DNA from: Eledone cirrhosa | Taxonomy: Eukaryota | DNA length: 64,000 nucleotides | Reading direction: 5' to 3' | Assembly: GCA_964016885.1 (NCBI GenBank) | Contig: OZ024740.1 | Span: forward strand, 255,750,001-255,814,000 | In this document: piece by piece, positions 39,001-54,118 of the stretch | How the letters are laid out: each line of letters opens with the position of its first letter | Numbering within the stretch: the first letter of the stretch is position 1 | Program-made: the position numbers and the translations under genes | The notes under the pieces: generated by a model | Seen by the model: the letters and a program-made list of their open reading frames with translations, nothing else | The model's database searches: none | Told to the model about the DNA's origin: nothing

Positions 39001-42000
39001 AGACATAGATATACATTAACACATGGACATAGACATACATTAACACATGTACATAGATATACATTAACACATGGATATAGACATACATTAACACCTGGAC
39101 ATAGACATACATTAACACATGGAGATAGATATACATGAACACATAGACATACATATACATTAACACATGTACATAGACATACATTAACACATGGACATAG
39201 ACATACATTAACACATGTACATAGATATACATTAACACATAGACATACATATACATTAACACATGTACATAGATATAAATTAACACATAGACATAAATAT
39301 ACATTAACACATGGACATAGACATACATTAACACATGGACATAGACATACATTAACGAATGGACATAGATATACATTAACACGTGTACATAGACATACAT
39401 TAACACATGGACATAGACATACATTAACACATGGACACAGACATACATTAACACATGGACATAGACATACATTAACACATGGACACAGACATACATTAAC
39501 ACATAGACATAGACATACATTAACACATGGACATAGACATACATTAACACATGTACATAGACATACATTAACACATGGACATAGACACACATTAACACAT
39601 GGACATAGATATACATTAACACATGGACACATACATACATTGACACATGGACATAGATATACATTAACACATGTACATAGACATACATTAACACATGGAC
39701 ATAGACATACATTAACACATGAACATAGAGATACATTAATACATGGACGTAGATATACATTAACACATGGACACATACATTCATTAACACATGGACATAG
39801 ATATACATTAACACATGGACATAGACATACATTAACACATGGACATAGAGATACATTACTACATGGACACAGACATACATTAACACATGGACATTGACAT
39901 ACATTAACACATGGACATAGATATACATTAACACATGGACATACATATACATTTACACATCGACATAGACATACATTAACACATGGACACAGACATACAT
40001 TAACACATGGACATAGACATACATTAACACATTGACATAGACATACATTAACACATGGACATAGTCATAGATTAACACATGGACGTAGATATACATTAAC
40101 ACATGGACATAGACATACATTAACACATGTACATAGATATACGTTAACACATGGACATAGACATACATTAACACATGGAGATAGATATACATGAACACAT
40201 AGACATACATATACATTAACACATGTACATAGATATACATTAACACATAGACATAGATATACATTAACACATGGACATAGACATTCATTAACACATGTAC
40301 ATAGATATACATTAACACATGGACATAGACATACATTAACACATGGACATAGACATACATTAACACATGGACATAGACATACATTAACACATGGAGATAG
40401 ATATACATGAACACATAGACATACATATACATTAACACATGTACATAGATATACATTAACACATAGACATAGATATACATTAACACATAGACATATATAT
40501 ACATTAACACATGTACATAGATATACATTAAAACATGGACATTGACATACATTAACACATGGACATAGACATACATTAACACATGGACGTAGATATACAT
40601 TAACACATGGACATAGACATACATTAACACATGTACATAGACATACATTAACACATAGACATAGACATACATTAACACATGGACATAGACATACATTAAC
40701 ACATGGACACAGACATACATTAACACATGGACATAGACATACATTAACACCTGGACACAGACATACATTAACACATAGACATAGACATACATTAACACAT
40801 GGACATAGACATACATTAACACATGTACATAGACATACATTAACACATGGACATAGACACACATTAACACATGGACATAGATATACATTAACACATGGAC
40901 ACAGACATACATTGACACATGGACATAGATATACATTAACACATGTACATAGACATACATTAACACATGGACATAGACATACATTAACACATGGACATAG
41001 ACATACATTAATACATGGACGTAGATATACATTAACACATGGACACAGACATACATTAACACATGGACATAGATATACATTAACACATGGACATAGACAT
41101 ACATTAACACATGGACATAGAGATACATTACCACATTGACATAGACATACATTAACACATGGACATAGACATAGATTAACACATGGACACAGACATACGT
41201 TAACACGTGGACACAGACATACATTAACAAATGGACATAGACATACATTAACACATGGACATAGACATACATTAACACATGGACATAGACATACATTAAC
41301 ACATGGACACAGACATACATTAAGACATGAACATAAACATACATTAACACAGGGACATAGACATACATTAACACATGTACATAGACATACATTAACACAT
41401 GGACACAGACATGCATTAACACTTGGACACAGACATACATTAACACATGTACATAGACATACATTAACACATGGACATAGTCATACATTAACAGACGTAC
41501 ATAGACATACATTAACACATGGACACAGTCATACACTAACACATGGACATTGACATACATTAACACATGTACAGAGATATACATTAACACATAGACATAG
41601 ATATACATTAACACATGGGCATAGATATACATTAACACATAGACATACATATACATTAACACATGTACATAGATATACATTAACACATAGACATAGATAT
41701 ACATTAACACATAGATATAGATATACATTAACACATGGACATAGACATACATTAACACATGTACATAGACATACATTAACACATAAACATACATATACAT
41801 TAACACATGTACATAGATATACATTAACACATAGACATAGATATACATTAACACATAGATATAGATATACATTAACACATGGACATAGACATACATTAAC
41901 ACATGTACATAGACATACATTAACACATAAACATACATATACATTAACACATGTACATAGATATACATTAATACATAGACATAGATATACATTAACACAT

Positions 42001-45000
42001 GGACATAGACATACATTAACACATGTACATAGATATACATAAACACATGGACATAGACATACATTAACACATGTACATAGATATACATTAACACATAGAC
42101 ATACATATACATTAACACATGTACATAGATATAAATTAACACATAGACATAAATATACATTAACACATGGACATAGACATACATTAACACATGGACATAG
42201 ATATACATTAACACATAGACATATATATACATTAACACATGCACATAGATATACATTAAAACATGGACATAGACATACATTAACACATGGACATAGACAT
42301 ACATTAACGAATGGACATAGATATACATTAACACGTGTACATAGACATACATTAACACATGGACATAGACATACATTAACACATGGACACAGACATACAT
42401 TAACACATGGACATAGACATACATTAACACATGGACACAGACATACATTAACACATAGACATAGACATACATTAACACATGGACATAGACATACATTAAC
42501 ACATGTACATAGACATACATTAACACATGGACATAGACACACATTAACACATGGACATATATATACATTAACACATGGACACATACATACATTGACACAT
42601 GGACATAGATATACATTAACACATGTACATAGACATACATTAACACATGGACATAGAGATACATTACTACATGGATACAGACATACATTAACACATGGAC
42701 ATTGACATACATTAACACATGGACATAGATATACATTAACACATGGACACAGACATTCATTAACACATGGACATAGATATACATTAACACATGGACATAG
42801 ACATACATTAACACATGGACATAGAGATACATTACTACATGGATACAGACATACATTAACACATGGACATTGACATACATTAACACATGGACATAGATAT
42901 ACATTAACACATGGACATACATATACATTTACACACCGACATAGACATACATTAACACATGGACACAGACATACATTAACACATGGACATAGACATACAT
43001 TAACACATTGACATAGACATACATTAACACATGGACATACATATACATTTACACACCGACATAGACATACATTAACACATGGACACAGACATACATTAAC
43101 ACATGGACATAGACATACATTAACACATTGACATAGACATACATTAACACATGGACATAGTCATAGATTAACACATGGACACAGACATACATTAACACGT
43201 GGACACAGACATACATTAACAAATGGACATAGACATACATTAACACATGGACACATACATACATTAAGACATGAACATAGACATACATTAACACATGGAC
43301 ATAGACATACATTAACACATGTACATAGACATACATTAACACATGTACATAGAGATACATTAAAACGTGGACATAGACATACATTAACACATGTACATAG
43401 ATACACATTAACACATGTACATAGACATATATTAACACATGTACATAGACATAAATTAACACATGTACATAGACATACATTAACACATGGACACAGACAT
43501 ACATTAACACATGGACACAGACATACATTAACACATGTACATAGACATACATTAACACATGGACATAGACATACACTAACAGATGTACATAGACATACAT
43601 TAACACATGGACACAGTCATACACTAACACATGGACATTGACATACATTAACACATGTACATAGATATACATTAACACATAGACATAGATATACATTAAC
43701 ACATGGACATAGACATACATTAACACATGTATATAGACATACATTAACACATAAACATGCATATACATTAACACAAGTACATAGATATACATTAACACAT
43801 AGACATAGATATACATTAACACATAGACATAGACATACATTAACACATGGAGATAGATATACATGAACACATAGATATACATATACATTAACACATAGAC
43901 ATAGACATACATTAACACATGGACATAGACATACATTAACACATGGACACAGACATACATTAACACATGGACATAGACATACATTAACACATGGACACAG
44001 ACATACATTAACCCATAGACATAGACATACATTAACACATGGACATAGACACACATTAACACATGGACATAGATATACATTAACACATGGACACAGACAT
44101 ACATTGACACATGGACATAGATATACATTAACACATGTACATAGACATACATTAACATATGGACATAGACATACATTAACACATGGACATAGACATACAT
44201 TAATACATGGACGTAGAGATACATTAACACATGGACACAGACATACATTAACACATGGACATAGATATACATTAATACATGGACATAGACATACATTAAC
44301 ACATGGACATAGAGATACATTACCACATGGACACAGACATACATTAACACATGGACATTGACATACATTAACACATGGACATAGATATACATTAACACAT
44401 GGACATACATATACATTAACACATGGACATAGACATACATTAACACATGGAAACAGACATACATTAACACATGGACATAGACATACATTAACACATGGAC
44501 ATAGACATACATTAACACATGGACATAGACATAGATTAACACATGGGCACAGACATACATTAACACATGGACACAGTCATACACTAACACATAGACATAG
44601 ACATACATTAACAAATGTACATAGAGATACATTAATACGTGGACATTGACATACATTAACTCATGTACATAGATATACATTAACACATGTACATAGACAT
44701 ATATTAACACATGTACATAGATATAATTTAACACATGGACATAGACATACATTAACACATGGACACAGACATACATTAACACATGGACACAGACATACAT
44801 TAACACATGGACATAGACATACATTAACACATGGACATAGACATACATTAACAGATGTACATAGACATACATTAACACATGGACACAGTCATACACTAAC
44901 ACATGGAAATTGACATACATTAACACATTGATATAGATATATATTAACACATGGACATACATATACATTAACACATGGACATAGACATACATTAACACAT

Positions 45001-48000
45001 GGACATAGATATACAGTAACACATTGACATAGACATACATTAACACATGTACATAGATATACATTACTACATGGACACAGACATACATTAACACATGGAC
45101 ATTGACATACATTAACACATGGACATAGATATACATTAACACATGGACATACATATACATTTACACATCGACATAGACATACATTAACACATGGACACAG
45201 ACATACATTAACACATGGACATAGACATACATTAACACATTGACATAGACATACATTAACACATGGACATAGTCATAGATTAACACATGGACGTAGATAT
45301 ACATTAACACATGGACATAGACATACATTAACACATGTACATAGATATACGTTAACACATGGACATAGACATACATTAACACATGTACATAGATATACAT
45401 TAACACATAGACATACATATACTTTAATACATGTACATAGATATAAATTAACACATACACATAAATATACATTAACACATGGACATAGACATACATTAAC
45501 ACATGGAGATAGATATACATGAACACATAGACATACATATACATTAACACATGTACATAGATATACATTAACACATAGACATAGATATACATTAACACAT
45601 GTACATAGACATTCATTAACACATGTACATAGATATACATTAACACATGGACATAGACATACATTAACACATGGACATAGACATACATTAACACATGGAC
45701 ATAGACATACATTAACACATGGAGATAGATATACATGAACACATAGACATACATATACATTAACACATGTACATAGATATACATTAACACATAGACATAG
45801 ATATACATTAACACATAGACATATATATACATTAACACATGTACATAGATATACATTAAAACATGGACATTGACATACATTAACACATGGACATAGACAT
45901 ACATTAACACATGGACGTAGATATACATTAACACATGGACATAGACATACATTAACACATGTACATAGACATACATTAACACATAGACATAGACATACAT
46001 TAACACATGGACATAGACATACATTAACACATGGACACAGACATACATTAACACATGGACATAGACATACATTAACACCTGGACACAGACATACATTAAC
46101 ACATAGACATAGACATACATTAACACATGGACATAGACATACATTAACACATGTACATAGACATACATTAACACATGGACATAGACACACATTAACACAT
46201 GGACATAGATACACATTAACACATGGACACAGACATACATTGACACATGGACATAGATATACATTAACACATGTACATAGACATACATTAACACATGGAC
46301 ATAGACATACATTAACACATGGACATAGACATACATTAATACATGGACGTAGATATACATTAACACATGGACACATACATACATTAACACATGGACATAG
46401 ATATACATTAACACATGGACATAGACATACATTAACACATGGACATAGAGATACATTACCACATGGATACAGACATACATTAACACATGGACATTGACAT
46501 ACATTAACACATAGACATAGATATACATTAACACATGGACATACATATAAATTAACACATGGACATACATATACATTAACACATGGACATAGACATACAT
46601 TAACACATGGACACAGACATACATTAACACATGGACATAGACATACATTAACACATTGACATAGACATACATTAACACATGGACATAGACATAGATTAAC
46701 ACATGGACACAGACATACGTTAACATGTGGACACAGACATACATTAACAAATGGACATAGACATACATTAACACATGGACATAGACATACATTAACACAT
46801 GGACATAGACATACATTAACACATGGACACAGGCATACATTAAGACATGAACATAGACATACATAAACACATGGACATAGACATACATTAACACATGTAC
46901 ATAGACATACATTAACACATGTACATAGAGATACATTAACACGTGGACATAGACATAGATTAACACATGTACATAGATATACATTAACACATGTACATAG
47001 ACATATATTAACACATGTACATACAAATAAATTAACACATAGACATAGACATACATTAACACATGGACACAGACATACATTAACACATGGACACAGACAT
47101 ACATTAACACATGTACATAGACATACATTAACACATGGACATAGACATACATTAACAGATGTACATAGACATACATTAACACATGGACACAGTCATACAC
47201 TAACGCATGGACATTGACATACATTAACACATGTACATAGATATACATTAACACATAGACATAGATATACATTAACACATGGGCATAGACATACATTAAC
47301 ACATGTACATAGACATACATTAACACATAAACATACATATACATTAACACATGTACATAGATATACATTAACACATAGACATAGATATACATTAACACAT
47401 AGACATAGATATACATTAACACATGGACATAGACATACATTAACACATGTACATAGATATACATTAATACATAGACATAGATATACATTAACACATGGAC
47501 ATAGACATACCTTAACACATGTACATAGATACACATTAACACATGGACATAGACATACATTAACACATGTACATAGATATACATTAACACATAGACATAC
47601 ATATACATTAACACATGTACATAGATATAAATTAACACATAGACATAAATATACATTAACACATTGACATAGACATACATTAACACATGGAGATAGATAT
47701 ACATGAACACATAGACATACATATACATTAACACATGTACATAGATATACAATAACACATAGACATACATATACATTAACACATGGACATAGACAAACAT
47801 TAACACATGGACATAGACATACATTAACACATGGACATAGACATACATTAACACATGGAGATAGATATACATGAACACATAGACATACATATACATTAAC
47901 ACATGTACATAGATATACATTAACACATAGACATAGATATACATTAACACATAGACATATATATACATTAACACATGCACATAGATATACATTAAAACAT

Positions 48001-51000
48001 GGACATAGACATACATTAACACATGGACATAGACATACATTAACGAATGGACATAGATATACATTAACACGTGTACATAGACATACATTAACACATGGAC
48101 ATATACATACATTAACACATGGACACAGACATACATTAACACATGGACATAGACATACATTAACACATGGACACAGACATACATTAACACATAGACATAG
48201 ACATACATTAACACATGGACATAGACATACATTAATACATGGACGTAGATATACATTAACACATGGACACAGACATTCATTAACACATGGACATAGATAT
48301 ACATTAACACATGGACATAGACATACATTAACACATGGACATAGAGATACATTACTACATGGACACAGACATACATTAACACATGGACATTGACATACAT
48401 TAACACATGGACATAGATATACATTAACACATGGACATACATATACATTAACACATGGACATAGACATACATTAACACATGGACACAGACATACATTAAC
48501 ACATGGACATAGACATACATTAACACATTGACATAGACATACATTAACACATGGACATAGTCATAGATTAACACATGGACACAGACATACATTAACACGT
48601 GGACACAGACATACATTAACAAATGGACATAGACATACATTAACACATGGACATAGACATACATTAACACATGGACATAGACATACATTAACACATGGAC
48701 ACAGACATACATTAAGACATGTACATAGGCATACATTAACACATGGACATAGACATACATTAACACATGTACATAGACATACATTAACCCATGTACATAG
48801 AGATACATTAACACGTGGACATAGACATACATTAACACATGTACATAGATATACATTAACACATGTACATAGACATATATTAACACATGTACATAGACAT
48901 AAATTAACACATGTACATAGACATACATTAACACATGGACACAGACATACATTAACACATGGACACAGACATACATTAACACATGTACATAGACATACAT
49001 TAACACATGGACATAGACATACATTAACAGATGTACATAGACATACATATACATTAACACATGTACATAGATATACATTAACACATAGACATAGATATAC
49101 ATTAACACATGTACATAGACATACATTAACACATGTACATAGAGATACATTAACACGTGGACATAGACATACATTAACACATGTACATAGATATACATTA
49201 ACACATGTACATAGACATATATTAACACATGTACATAGACATAAATTAACACATGTACATAGACATACATTAACACATGGACACAGACATACATTAACAC
49301 ATGGACACAGACATACATTAACACATGTACATAGACATACATTAACACATGGACATAGACATACATTAACAGATGTACATAGACATACATATACATTAAC
49401 ACATGTACATAGATATACATTAACACATAGACATAGATATACATTAACACATGGACATAGACATACATTAACACATGTACATAGATATACATTAACACAT
49501 GGACATAGACATACATTAACACATGGACATAGAGATACATTAACACATGGATATAGACATACATTAACACATGGACATAGACATACATTAACACATGTAC
49601 ATAGACATACATTAACACATGTACATAGATATACATTAACACATGTACATAGACATACATTAACACATGGAGATAGACATACATTAACACATGGACATAG
49701 AGATACATTAACACATGGACATAGACATACATTAACACATGGACATACATATACATTAACACATGGACATAGATATACATTAACACATGTACATAGACAT
49801 ACATTAACACATGGACATACATATACATTAACACATGGACATAGACATACATTAACACATGGACATACATATACATTAACACATGGACATAGACATACAT
49901 TAACACATGTACATAGACATACATTAACACATGGACATACATATACTTTAACACATGGACATAGATATACATTAACACATGTACATAGACATACATTAAC
50001 ACATGGACATAGACATACATTAACACATGGACATAGAGATACATTAACACATGGACATAGAGATACATTAACACATGGACATAGACATTCATTAACACAT
50101 GTACATAGACATACATTAACACATGGACATAGATATATATTAACACATGTACATAGACATACATTAACACATGGACATAGATATACATTAACACATGTAC
50201 ATAGACATACATTAACACGTGGACATACATATACATCAACATATGGACATAGACATACATTAACACATCTACATAGACATACATTAATACATGGACATAG
50301 ACATACATTAACACATGGACACATACATACATTAACACACGGACATAGAGATACATTAACACATGGACATAGATATACATTAACACATGGACATAGACAT
50401 ACATTAACACGTGGACACAGACATACATTAACACATGGACATAGACATACATTAACACATGGGCATACACATACATTAACACATGTACATAGACATACAT
50501 TAACACATGGACATAGATATACATTAACACATGGACATAGACATACATTAACACATGGACATAGACATACATTAATACATGGACATAGACATACATTAAC
50601 ACATGGACACATACATACATTAACACACGGACATAGAGATACGTTAACACATGGACATAGATATACATTAACACATGGACATAGACATACATTAACACAT
50701 GTACATAGACATACATTAACACATGGACATACATATACATTAACACATGGACATAGATATACATTAACACATGTACATAGACATACATTAACACATGGAC
50801 ATAGACATACATTAACACATGGACATAGAGATACATTAACACATGGACATAGACATACATTAACACATGTACATAGACATACATTAACACATGGACATAG
50901 ATATACATTAACACATGGACATAAATATATATTAACACATGTACATAGATGTACATTGACACATGTACATAGACATACATTAACACATGGAGATAGACAT

Positions 51001-51886
51001 ACATTAACACATGGACATAGAGATACATTAACACATGGACATAGACATACATTAACACATGGACATACATATACATTAACACATGGACATATATATACAT
51101 TAACACATGTACATAGACATACATTAACACATGGACATATATATACATTAACACATGGACATAGACATACATTAACACATGGACATACATATACATTAAC
51201 ACATGGACATAGACATACATTAACACATGTACATAGACATACATTAACACATGGACATACATATACATTAACACATGGACATACATATACATTAACACAT
51301 GTACATAGACATACATTAACACATGGACATAGACATACATTAACACATGGACATAGATATATATTAACACATGTACATAGATATACATTAACACATGTAC
51401 ACAGACATACATTAACACATGGACATAGACATACATTAACACATGTACATAGACATACATTAACACATGGACATAGACATACATTAACACATGGACATAT
51501 ATATACATTAACACATGGACATAGACATACATTAACACATGGACATACATATACATTAACACATGGACATAGACATACATTAACACATGTACATAGACAT
51601 ACATTAACACATGGACATACATATACATTAACACATGGACATACATATACATTAACACATGTACATAGACATACATTAACACATGGACATAGACATACAT
51701 TAACACATGGACATAGATATATATTAACACATGTACATAGATATACATTAACACATGTACACATACATACATTAACACATGGACATAGACATACATTAAC
51801 ACATGTACATAGACATACATTAACACATGGACATAGACATACATTAACACATGTACATAGACATACATTAACACATGGACATAGAC
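1..51886. repeat. 24-bp tandem satellite/minisatellite array (consensus TTAACACATGGACATAGACATACA), ~2,160 monomers, open at the left window edge
   Basis: Read directly: continuous head-to-tail 24-mers with recurrent single-base variants (TGGA/TGTA/TAGA, CATAG/CACAG, GACAT/GATAT/GAGAT). The array ends abruptly after ...CATGGACATAGAC at 51886. Unit count is length divided by 24. Confidence 0.99.
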
Positions 51887-52308
51887 TCAATTTTTCATCT
51901 TTCTTTTCAATCCCTGGTTTCATTTCTCTTTCTTTCTCTCTCTCTGATTCTTTCACTCCTTGCCTCTCTCTGTCTCTCATTCCTTCATTCCTCCTCTCTC
52001 TCAGACACACTTATACTCTCCTACTGTTCTCCTTTATTCACATACACATTATCGTCCTCATCATCATCCCCATCACGATTATCATGTTTCCATTAACATG
52101 ACTATAATCATCACCATCACAATTATCATCCACATTAACATCACAATCCTCATCATAGCCATTGTCCCAATCACACTCCTAACCATTATAATCGTCTTCA
52201 CCATCATCGTTATCATCATTGTCGTTACCATCCATTAGTCCCCATCACCATCACCACCATCGTCGTAATCAACATGGTTTGATCGCTTTACCTCGTCTTC
52301 TGATACTG

Positions 52309-52356
<48 letters not shown>

Positions 52357-52435
52357 TCACTCTTCCTTCCTTTCTCTCTCGCCGTTTCTCTCTCTCTCTC
52401 TCTATCTTTCTATCTCTCTCTCTATCTCTTCCCTG
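51887..52435. repeat. Low-complexity flank: CT-rich tract, degenerate (CAT)n, then (CT)n microsatellite
   Basis: Pyrimidine-rich 51887-52030; degenerate ATC/CAT repeats ~52047-52262; near-pure (CT)n ~52315-52352, decaying to ~52430. Confidence 0.85.
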
Positions 52436-52675
52436 CTTCAAATTTGGAATGAGAAAGAACGCGGAAGCCGAGACGAGAATGAGGCTAATAGCGAATGCGA
52501 AAGCTCGTTTTAGATTCAGTAACGAGATAGACGTATAAAATATGTTGACCAGTCAGTTATTGGTCATAAATAGCTCTAAAAACGCTCACCGTTGCCGTTC
52601 CATTCAAAATAGGCAGACGACATCTCAAATAAACTATCTTTCGTTGCCGAAATCTATTTAGATGATGCCGCCATT

Positions 52676-52741
52676 ATATAAATATAGGATACATATATAA
52701 ATATAGGATACATATATAAATATACACAATAACACACACAC

Positions 52742-52787
<46 letters not shown>

Positions 52788-52860
52788 GTGCATATATATA
52801 TATATATATATGCATACATATGTGTGTATAAATGAAAACGTATTTTTGTATCTGTTTGTA

Positions 52861-52928
<68 letters not shown>

Positions 52929-53026
52929 GTAAACAATGCCAACACAGAAAATCCACATATTTTATGAGGGCAATAGAACCCCAAGAGTAACTTTAGCATT
53001 AGCAACATCAAGATCACCACCACCAC

Positions 53027-53084
<58 letters not shown>

Positions 53085-53217
53085 TCTTCAAATCAGCAAC
53101 AGTAAGAACAACTACAACAATAGCAAAAGTAACAACAAGAATAATAGCAACAATAACAACAACGACTGTAAGGGTCGGAAAAATAGCGAACCATCTATAT
53201 ATACTTGTGTGCATATA

Positions 53218-53261
<44 letters not shown>
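52676..53261. repeat. Compound microsatellite cluster: (TA)n, (CAT)n, degenerate (AAC)n, (TA)n
   Basis: (TA)n runs ~52746-52920, pure (CAT)n ~53030-53083, AAC-rich 53097-53163, (TA)n ~53225-53265. Confidence 0.9.
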
Positions 53262-53269
<8 letters not shown>

Positions 53270-53381
53270 TAAAAGAAATTCCAACTTTGTCTGATTTACT
53301 CCTTTTATTTACAATCCTTTAAAATTTATAATGGTATTAGAATGAAATAGTATGGTAGAATATTAAATGTTAAGTGTTATT

Positions 53382-53420
53382 TGAACAAGTACTTTCATGC
53401 TTTCGCAATCTTCAGGTTCA
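53382..53420 (-). ncRNA. Minimal type I hammerhead ribozyme motif (identical copy on the minus strand)
   Basis: The reverse complement of 53382-53420 is identical to 53462-53500. Confidence 0.72.
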
Positions 53421-53461
53421 TAATGTGTGGCGGCACTCAAGTTTGCAATCACCACACATTA

Positions 53462-53500
53462 TGAACCTGAAGATTGCGAAAGCATGAAAGTACTTGTTCA
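53462..53500 (+). ncRNA. Minimal type I hammerhead ribozyme motif
   Basis: TGAAC (stem I 5') - CTGAAGA (core) - t TGC GAAA GCA t (stem II with GNRA loop) - GAAA (core) - GTAC (palindromic loop III) - TT (UH) - GTTCA (stem I 3', exact complement of TGAAC). Confidence 0.72.
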
Positions 53501-53640
53501 ATTAACATTTAATATTCTACCATACTATTTCATTCTAATACCATTATCAATTTTAAAGGATTGTAAATAAAACGTGTAAATCAGACAAAGTTGGAATTCC
53601 TTTTATTAATATAATCTTCTATACACAATCATACACACCC

Positions 53641-53690
<50 letters not shown>

Positions 53691-54037
53691 TCATATATAT
53701 ATACGTATATATATGAGTTAGTAATAAATGGAAACTTGACAATACGATTAGTCTTTCGACTATTTTCAAATAATATGCTTTGCTAATATGCTGGGCTTTG
53801 TCCTAACCCTTTTTTCAGTTGCAGCACACTGGTTTGTAGTAACTTTTGTATTATTTGTAAATAGTCAAAAGACCAATCATCATGTCTTGTGTCTATTTGT
53901 TAATGTCTCATGTGTACTGAAGCTAATTGTATCGAAATTAAAGTACTGAAACAACGGTCGACTGATGAGAGGATCTGCTCTGTTTTCCCGTCTTCGCCCA
54001 CCTTTAAATATATATACATATATATACATTTATTAGT

Positions 54038-54118
54038 TGAACGAAGTGGATCAACATGAAATAAAGCATTTTGTTCAATGACACAACCTGCAGCCGGTTT
54101 CGAACTCATGAGCCGGAG
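54038..54118 (+). mobile_element. Possible degraded SINE fragment (CORE-like segment)
   Basis: GGATCAACATGAAATAAAGCATTTTGTTCAATGACACAACC...TTCGAACTCA resembles the 'AAGTGTCTTGCTCAAGGACACAAC...TCGAACTC' segment I recall from mollusc SINEs. Recognised from memory, not searched. Confidence 0.4.

Larger units (their letters stand above)
53262..53613. mobile_element. Long inverted repeat (arms ~53262-53430 and ~53452-53613, 21-nt spacer), probably an inverted pair of Penelope-like pseudo-LTRs
   Basis: The arms are reverse complements apart from a few substitutions and small indels, including one of ~7 nt. Each arm has a hammerhead core followed by an AATAAA-containing tract. Inverted pLTRs with hammerheads are an established trait of Penelope-like elements; the family assignment is inference. 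Confidence 0.7.

Noticed and set aside
1-51886. CRISPR array or telomeric repeat
   Set aside because: No unique spacers, no cas genes, eukaryotic context, and the monomer is not TTAGGG-like.
1002-52010. Very long minus-strand ORFs (Cys-rich CVNVCLCP and VLMYVYVH repeats, up to 2625 aa)
   Set aside because: They follow from a 24-bp monomer that lacks stops in those frames. ORF ends coincide with variant monomers or indels, overlapping frames are open at once, and there are no unique domains.
2065-52101. Plus-strand His-rich frame (LTHGHRHT)n as a metal-binding or structural protein
   Set aside because: Repeatedly broken by TGA variants and frameshifts, with no signal peptide or evident codon-position bias. 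It does not match the GHG-type His-rich cephalopod beak protein repeats I know.
53915-53995. Third hammerhead candidate (GAAACAACGGTCGACTGATGAG)
   Set aside because: Core-like words are present, but I could not build stems I and II in any valid topology. At most a decayed remnant.
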